A stretch of DNA of 64,000 bases, taken from assembly GCF_009914755.1 (NCBI RefSeq), contig NC_060942.1; one strand, given 5' to 3'. The notes under the pieces are model-generated. The model did not search any database, had not been told where the DNA came from, and was given only the letters and a program-made list of their open reading frames with translations. A program made the translations under genes and the position numbers. The DNA is from the human T2T-CHM13v2.0 reference genome, Homo sapiens. Positions 54,915 to 64,000 of the stretch are shown here, piece by piece (position 1 is the first letter of the stretch; every line of letters begins with the position of its first letter).

Positions 54915-55899
54915 TCATAAACACTGTCAGAGCAATCATAGGTATATAGTGCCAGGAAATAGAAAATGTGCCTGAGTGTTTTCTATGTATACGTACTGAG
55001 AAGGCAAAATTTTGCTTGTGCATGTGAGGTTGTTTATTATAGAATATTATAAAGAAATCCATCTATTAGGTAGCTAATAGAATCTCATTCAAACTCCCAA
55101 CTGGGGCTGAAATTTCTTGCTTGTATCCCTGATGACATGGCCAAAATACTCTTTTCTTGAACATTTTTTTTTGTGGCATTTTGTCGTTGGGTAGCTTCTA
55201 TTCCAAGGAAAAACATCTTCATGTTGAGTTTAAGCCTGGCCCTTTGTAACTTGAAATCTTATCTGTTTTTATCATTATTACATTTTTAGTGAGAATCCTG
55301 TAACACCAGGAGACTCCAGTTCTTGTCCAGGATTAAGCACTAACTGGCTTTACGGCTATGATGATTCATGTAACATCTTTCAAATTCAAATTGTAACATG
55401 AGCAATGTAGCAAGCGCTTTTTATAACTGACAGCCCATCACTTACCTGACAGCTATTGTGCCCACCACCTGTCACCATGTCTATTTCTACAGCCTGAACA
55501 AAGTCTATGCACATTTACCTGTGTATTCTTTATTAGATGTTATTAGAGATTAAAACAGTAATGTCTAGAGCAGGTAGTATGTAGCATTTTTTTAGGACAT
55601 TGAATTTTTAAATGTATTATGCTTCCATTTTCTGTGTAAAATGAGGCAAAATTACCTAGATGCTGACTTCTCTTCCGCTAATTCAGGTTAATATTGCCAT
55701 CATATTCTCAAATTTAGCAAAACATTAATATTGTTTCTAATTGACATGTCTTGCTTCCTCCAAAGACATTCTCTTTTGAAAGCGATGCTAAAAAAAGCAT
55801 CTTCCTGTGACCTGGCCCAATTTCACAGTCAACCTCAGCATATTGCAAACCATGGACAGCTAAGCTTTCTGCTTTTTATTACTGTGAGTAATGACATTG

Positions 55900-56300
55900 T
55901 CAGTGTTTAATTTTCTAATTTTAAACTCCCTGGCTGAGATTTCAAATCTCTCAATACTCTCGCACTTGACAATTCCTCTATCCACATCTCCATTCTCTAC
56001 AAACCTAAACTCTCCACAGGTTGAGCCTGTCCCCACTCTGACCTCTCTGTGTGCCAGGTGCATTCTTGCCACTGTACTTTTGCCCAAGCCTAGAGAGAAG
56101 GGTCTACATAGTTCCTTCCAGCTAGTCTTCCTTCCAGGTACAGCTAAATTCCCCCCTTTATAAGAAAGCCTTTCCTGATCACTGCCACATGTATAAATCT
56201 ACACAGCCTCTGAATTCCAAAACATTTAGAACCTCTTTTTATGGATATATTCAACACCTCTAAGTAGTCCATAAGTTCCTTTAAGCCTCATGGATCCTTG
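55900..56300 (+). mobile_element. L2 fragment
   Basis: ttaaactccctggctgagatttcaa; aagcctttcctgatc. Confidence 0.55.
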
Positions 56301-57879
56301 CATCGCGCACATGCTAAACATCACTGGCTCTGTGTACTACCTAGCATAGTTTACATTCCTCCTGGAGCCTTCAGGGAAAAGAGCATGGCCACAGGGTGCA
56401 GGCAAACCAGGGAGAAGGCTAAGGAGAATCCCAGACTCCCGCTTCCCGGGACGTTTTTGGCCTCAGATATGGAGCTTTGGACCCAGGAGAGTTAAAGGCA
56501 TTGTCTCAGATTATCTTTCTTAATCTTCTTCTGAGTTGTTTCTCTCTGACTGTGGTCTTTTTATCTCAGCTGCATCAATCTTCTGTCCAAGGGCATCTAC
56601 AGAGTCCAGAGGGCTAGTATACATCCCAGAGGAGCGGGAAAAGGAGCAGGGACACTGTAAAAGATGTGCCCTGGCTGGACTGCAGGATCCACACCGTAAT
56701 TAAATAAAATTCCAGTGACAGAGCAGAGCCCTGTCAGATAAATTACATTATGTTTGAATACTTAGCACTTTTTTTCTTGGGCAAACATCAAAGATAATTT
56801 GTTTCATTTAAAAAGAAAACAATTGCAATTGCTCTATAAATATTGTTCAACGTAGTAGCAAAATAATTTATAGAAATACAGAGCCTTACAAATCATCTAA
56901 TTCAATTTTTAATTTTTCAAGTGAAGAACCAAAACAAACTAAAATCACAAAGCTTGTAAAACTTATTCATGATCACTCTTTAGGGAAGGCTAGAGCTGAG
57001 ATTTGTGTGTTTTTTGTTTTTTGATTTCTTTTGTTTTGGTTTTGTACTAATAAGACTGGAAATAAAACAAAGACTGAGCAGACAAATCAGAAAAAAATAT
57101 ACTGGATGCACTGTAATGAACATTTCTATTCCGCTATAAACATTTTTGTGGCCAGGTGACTGGAAATCAAGCAAACATATTTTTCAGATATTTTCATGTA
57201 TATTAAGACACAATTAATTTATGAGTGAAGAATCTCCAATTTTTCCTATAGGACTAGTGTATTCCCCAAAGATCATCGTTAAGTAGGGCTCTGATGACAG
57301 CTAAAGCTGTCAAGAGGGTTCCTTGGAAAAACTCCAAGCAAGGGAAACCTGACTTATGACAGAGGAATACAAAAGACAATTTTCCTTTCCCATAATTGAA
57401 GTCAGTGTCATTTTTCCATTTGATATTTTAAGCGTCAGCAATATGTCTAAGCAAACTGGAGACATGCTACATTTGAAAGTAAATTTAGAGGCTATAATCC
57501 TGGTTTCATCAGACTCACTGTCGGTCAGTGAAGTTCGTCATGATTGGACTTCTCCCCTACAAAGAAAAGGAAGCCTCTGCCTTTGAATTTCAAATTTGAA
57601 TATGAAAAAGGCACCTGAGCTTCAGTGTCAGTCAGTAAAAGTGTCTCTGTCACCTACCTGGGTTCTGCCACAAAATCTGCAAATCTTACTCATTACATGT
57701 GATGACAGTTGCTATTAAATACTGGTTTTATTAAGATGTTCGTTAATTTTTGTATTCAAAAAGTAATTAAAGAGAGGGAACTGAAGCTTTAAATTTCAGT
57801 CAGTATTCTCCACACTCAGTTCTTATGTTTCTTTGTATTTATTAGTAACTAAGACCTCTGGGTCTAATAGACTTTCAGG

Positions 57880-58590
57880 CCACCAATCTATATTCAGTTC
57901 CTACCCTGTGCCAGGCCGCTTTCCTCTGTTAGAGAATGTATGCACATCAGCTAATTCCTCACATCAGCTCATCAACCCTGCAAAGGCAGGCATTTTTCTT
58001 CCCATTCTAATGATGAGAAAAACAAGGTCAATACAGGTTGTATATGTTCTGCTCTCCAACGTAAAACTTATCTGATTAGTGACAGATAAAGGAGTTGTAT
58101 CTGGGACTTTCTGATTTCTCACACCTTGCTGTCTCCTATTTAATGTTTCTAAATTTAACCATTGGGTAGGGCTTTTGTGCAACATTTGGATGTTTGATCA
58201 CATTGACTTAGACATCCAGCCCATGGCAACCTGAAGCTGAATGACAAAAAAAACCTACCTCCTTACCTCACACCTCTGCTTCTCCCTTCTGCCCCCTTAT
58301 TGCTTATGTGCTACTTTGTTTTTTGTTTTGTTTTGTTTTTACATTTAGGCTTGAAAAATTGGCATTGACCTTAAATAATTTTTTATTTTCCAAAACCCAC
58401 TATATGCTTATTTCATTTGATTCTTTCACAAAGCAAGGTAAGAAGGGAAATTCTTAAATCTCCCAATTTACTGCAGAAGACACCAAATCCCAAGGCAGCC
58501 ATTCAGTGACTGGCTTAACATCACTTGCTGCCACTCACTTGCTCTAAGAACAACTTTTATTCCTGTTGTGTCCTGTATGCTTTCCACAGG
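57880..58590 (-). mobile_element. Two MIR fragments
   Basis: cccattctaatgatgagaaaaca; atttcatttgattct...cccaatttactgcagaagac. Confidence 0.6.
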
Positions 58591-58606
58591 GTTTGTTCTT
58601 CTTAAG

Positions 58607-58738
58607 AAGGATGACCATGTAATTTACTATCCAAACTAGGACACTTTTGAGGATGAAAAAGGATTCTGTTTAGAATAAAGCAAGGACAACAGGGATATAC
58701 CAGGATCCTGGGGCGAACGTCAACAGATGGCCAGCCTA
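58607..58738. mobile_element. MER94-like (hAT-Blackjack) MITE
   Basis: aggatgaccatgtaatttactatccaaactaggacacttttgag...atggccagccta, degenerate TIRs. Confidence 0.75.
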
Positions 58739-59753
58739 GTCTAAATGAACCTGAAAGTTTCCTTTTAAACAATGATCCTTATTAGCAAATTGCCGGGAGT
58801 TTTGGTGACAAATGAAAGTCTCTGTTATGTAAGAAATTAATCCAGTTTTTCTAAGTCATTGATATACTAATTACACATATAGATCTATTAATGGATATAC
58901 ACAAACACTAATAAAAAGGCCTAAAAATATTTTACCCTTTGGATGTTTAAACTTACTTATGTTTACATAATAACACTTAGAAAAATAATCATGATGCTGC
59001 TTATGTTACAACACTTTATAATTTATCTACTGCTCTTGTAAGGAGCTAACATCATTTATTATTTTTTAAGCTTCATAATAACTGTAATGATAATCATCAT
59101 AATTATGGTTAATATTTATTGGCAACCATGCATTCTATCAATCAATCCATCTCAGTAAACTATAGAGTAAGTATTACTGTTTCTCTGTATTGGAGAGAAA
59201 GAAATTTAGGGACAGAGAGATTTGGTAACTTCATTGTCATGCTGCTGCTAAGTCTGACTTCATATGTGCTCTTACCACTATTCATCAGGAGTTCTCCACC
59301 TTGAGATAAATATGCATGCCTCATCCTTCCTGTTTCTTTCACAGACAAGCAAACTAGGGTATCAAGAGGCTGAGTTCCTCCTAGAAGACTCCTGATTACT
59401 AAGAGGGAGACCTATATTTAAAACTCAGGTCTTTTTATTTCCTGTTTGTTCTGCCCTCATTTATCACACAGTGCTTCATGAATAACAGATTTATTTTTAA
59501 TCAACACAATAACCTGTTTAATTATGTTCAGAAACTTCAATGTGAGTTTCAAAGCCTATATCAATAGCATTCCTTGTCATGCTATTTAACTTTTCTTCTT
59601 TCCTTCCTTTCTTCTTGCATTCATTTTTTTCCATCCTTCTTCCTTCCTTCCTGACTACTTACATCAAACATCCTCTGAGTAACTGTTTAATTCTTAGCAG
59701 TAGGCTAAACACAGGTTACTCTAAGACAACATAACTTGTTTAAGATAGTCGTA

Positions 59754-60007
59754 ATCTGGTCCTGGACTTTTTTTGTTGGTAGGTTATTAATTACTGCCTC
59801 AATTTCAAAATTTGTTATTGGTCTATTCAGGGATTTGACTTCTTCCTGATTTAGTCTTGGGAGGGTGTATGTGTCCAGGAATTTATCCATTTCTTTGAGA
59901 TTTTCTTGTTTATTTGCATAGAGGTGTTTATAGTATTCTGTAATGTAGTTTTTATTTCTCTGAGGTCAGTGGTGATATCCCATTTATCATTTTTTTATTG
60001 TGTCTAT
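59754..60007 (-). mobile_element. Inverted 5' segment of L1PA8-like element
   Basis: Minus strand encodes ORF2 [17 protein letters not shown]; contiguous in L1 coordinates with the + segment. Confidence 0.93.
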
Positions 60008-62635
<2,628 letters not shown>

Positions 62636-62944
62636 AAGTTAGTCATAATCTATTGAAAGATAAAGACCTATCAATTGAGGGTTTCTGTAGCCTGCACCAT
62701 GGCCATGTGTGAGGAGCAGTGGGAGTATCTTATAGTTCTGTGGATGAAGCTGGGATGAGGGGGAGGTAGGAAAGAGTAGGAAAGAGTAGAATGAGAAGGA
62801 AGCGGGAGGCTTTTTTGAGGAAATGCTGTAGTGGCTTTGCAGAATGAGAGAAGAAAGTATCTCTTTAAAAGTATTTATTGACTACTCTTATATAGCATTA
62901 ACAAAAAAAGAAACAAAAAGAAAAATAAAAGTATTTATTAATGT

Positions 62945-63437
62945 ATTAATTTTTATTTAATAAATAATAATTGTATATCTTTGTGGGGTACAATGTGATA
63001 TTTTTATCTATGTATACATTGTGAAAAGATTAAGTCAAACTGATTCACATATCTATTACCTCACAACCTTATTGGGTTTTTTTGTAGCAAGAGTGTGAAA
63101 AAAATCTATTTTTTTAGCAAGTTTGAAATACACAATATGTTGTTATTATTTTGGTCACCACACAGTACAATAAAATACTAAAAAGTATTCCCCTAGTCTA
63201 ACTTTGTACCCTTTGCTCAATATCTTCTCTTTTTTCATTCTTCTCCTTTCCTACCAGCCTCTGGTAATCACCTTTCTACATTCTGTTTCTATGAGGATTT
63301 GTTTAGAGTCTACATACATGAAGTTGTAGTATTTGTCTTTCTGTGTTTGGCTTATTTAATTTTGCATAATGTCCTCCAGTTCCATCAATGTTGTTATAAA
63401 TGACATAATTTCCTTATTTTCTTAAGGTTGTAGAGTA
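62945..63437 (-). mobile_element. L1MA-type 3' end
   Basis: ataattgtatatctttgtggggtacaatgtgat; gtatttgtctttctgtgtttggcttattt. Confidence 0.85.
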
Positions 63438-64000
63438 TAGGGTTAGCATACCTTATCCAGTGACGTGGTTTGGCCGTGTCCCCACTCAAATCTCATTTTG
63501 AATTGTAGCTCCCATAATTCCCACATGTGGTGGGAGGGACTTAGTGGAAGATAACTGAATCATGGGGGCAGTTTCCCCCATACTGTTCTCATGGTAGTGG
63601 ACAAGTCTCACAGGATCTGATGATTTTATAAATAGGAGTTCCCCTGCACAAGCCCTCTTGCCTGCCACCATGTAAGACATAGATTTTGCCTTCTACCATG
63701 ATTAAGAGACCTCCCAGCCATGTGGAATTGTGAGTCCATTAAACCTCTTTTCCTTTATAAATTACCCAGTATGTCTTTATCAGCAGTGTGAAGATGGAGT
63801 AATATATTCAGAATGCTTGGGACCAGAAATGTTTTGGATTTCAGATTTGTTCAGATTTTTAAATATTTGCATTATTCTTGGCTCAACATTCCTAACCCCA
63901 AAACCCAAAATGTGTTATGCTTTAATGAGCATATCTTTTGAGTGTCATGTTAACACTCAAAAAGTTTTAGAGTTTGGAGCATTTTAGATTTTTGGATTAG
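63438..64000. mobile_element. MER46/Tigger4a-like TcMar MITE split by THE1
   Basis: ta|tagggttagcataccttatcc...aatgcttgggaccagaaatgttttggattt...tggagcattttagatt. Confidence 0.8.
63461..63806 (+). mobile_element. THE1-family MaLR solo LTR
   Basis: tgacgtggtttggccgtgtccccactcaaatctca...ccattaaacctctttt...taatata; 5-bp TSD tccag/ttcag. Confidence 0.93.

Overview
AT-rich, repeat-dense primate (almost certainly human) genomic DNA inside the RIT2 gene (Ras-like GTPase Rin, human chr18q12.3), transcribed on the minus strand. The only protein-coding sequence I can support is RIT2 exon 2, 57 nt at 11559-11615 (encodes ..[19 protein letters not shown](E), the switch I/effector loop); it is too short to appear in the ORF track. 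Positions 11616-64000 are therefore intron 1 and 1-11558 intron 2. The rest is 10 dimeric Alus plus a free Alu monomer, several L1 fragments (one with a twin-priming 5' inversion), many L2/MIR remnants, 8 LTRs (7 antisense to the gene) and a few DNA transposons. None of the listed ORFs looks like a real gene. I find no support for a wholly new biological system. The best leads are candidate cryptic/poison exons, candidate antisense exons, a very young AluYa-lineage insertion, a template-switch scar and motif clusters. Old-repeat boundaries are approximate and subfamily names come from recalled consensus sequences.
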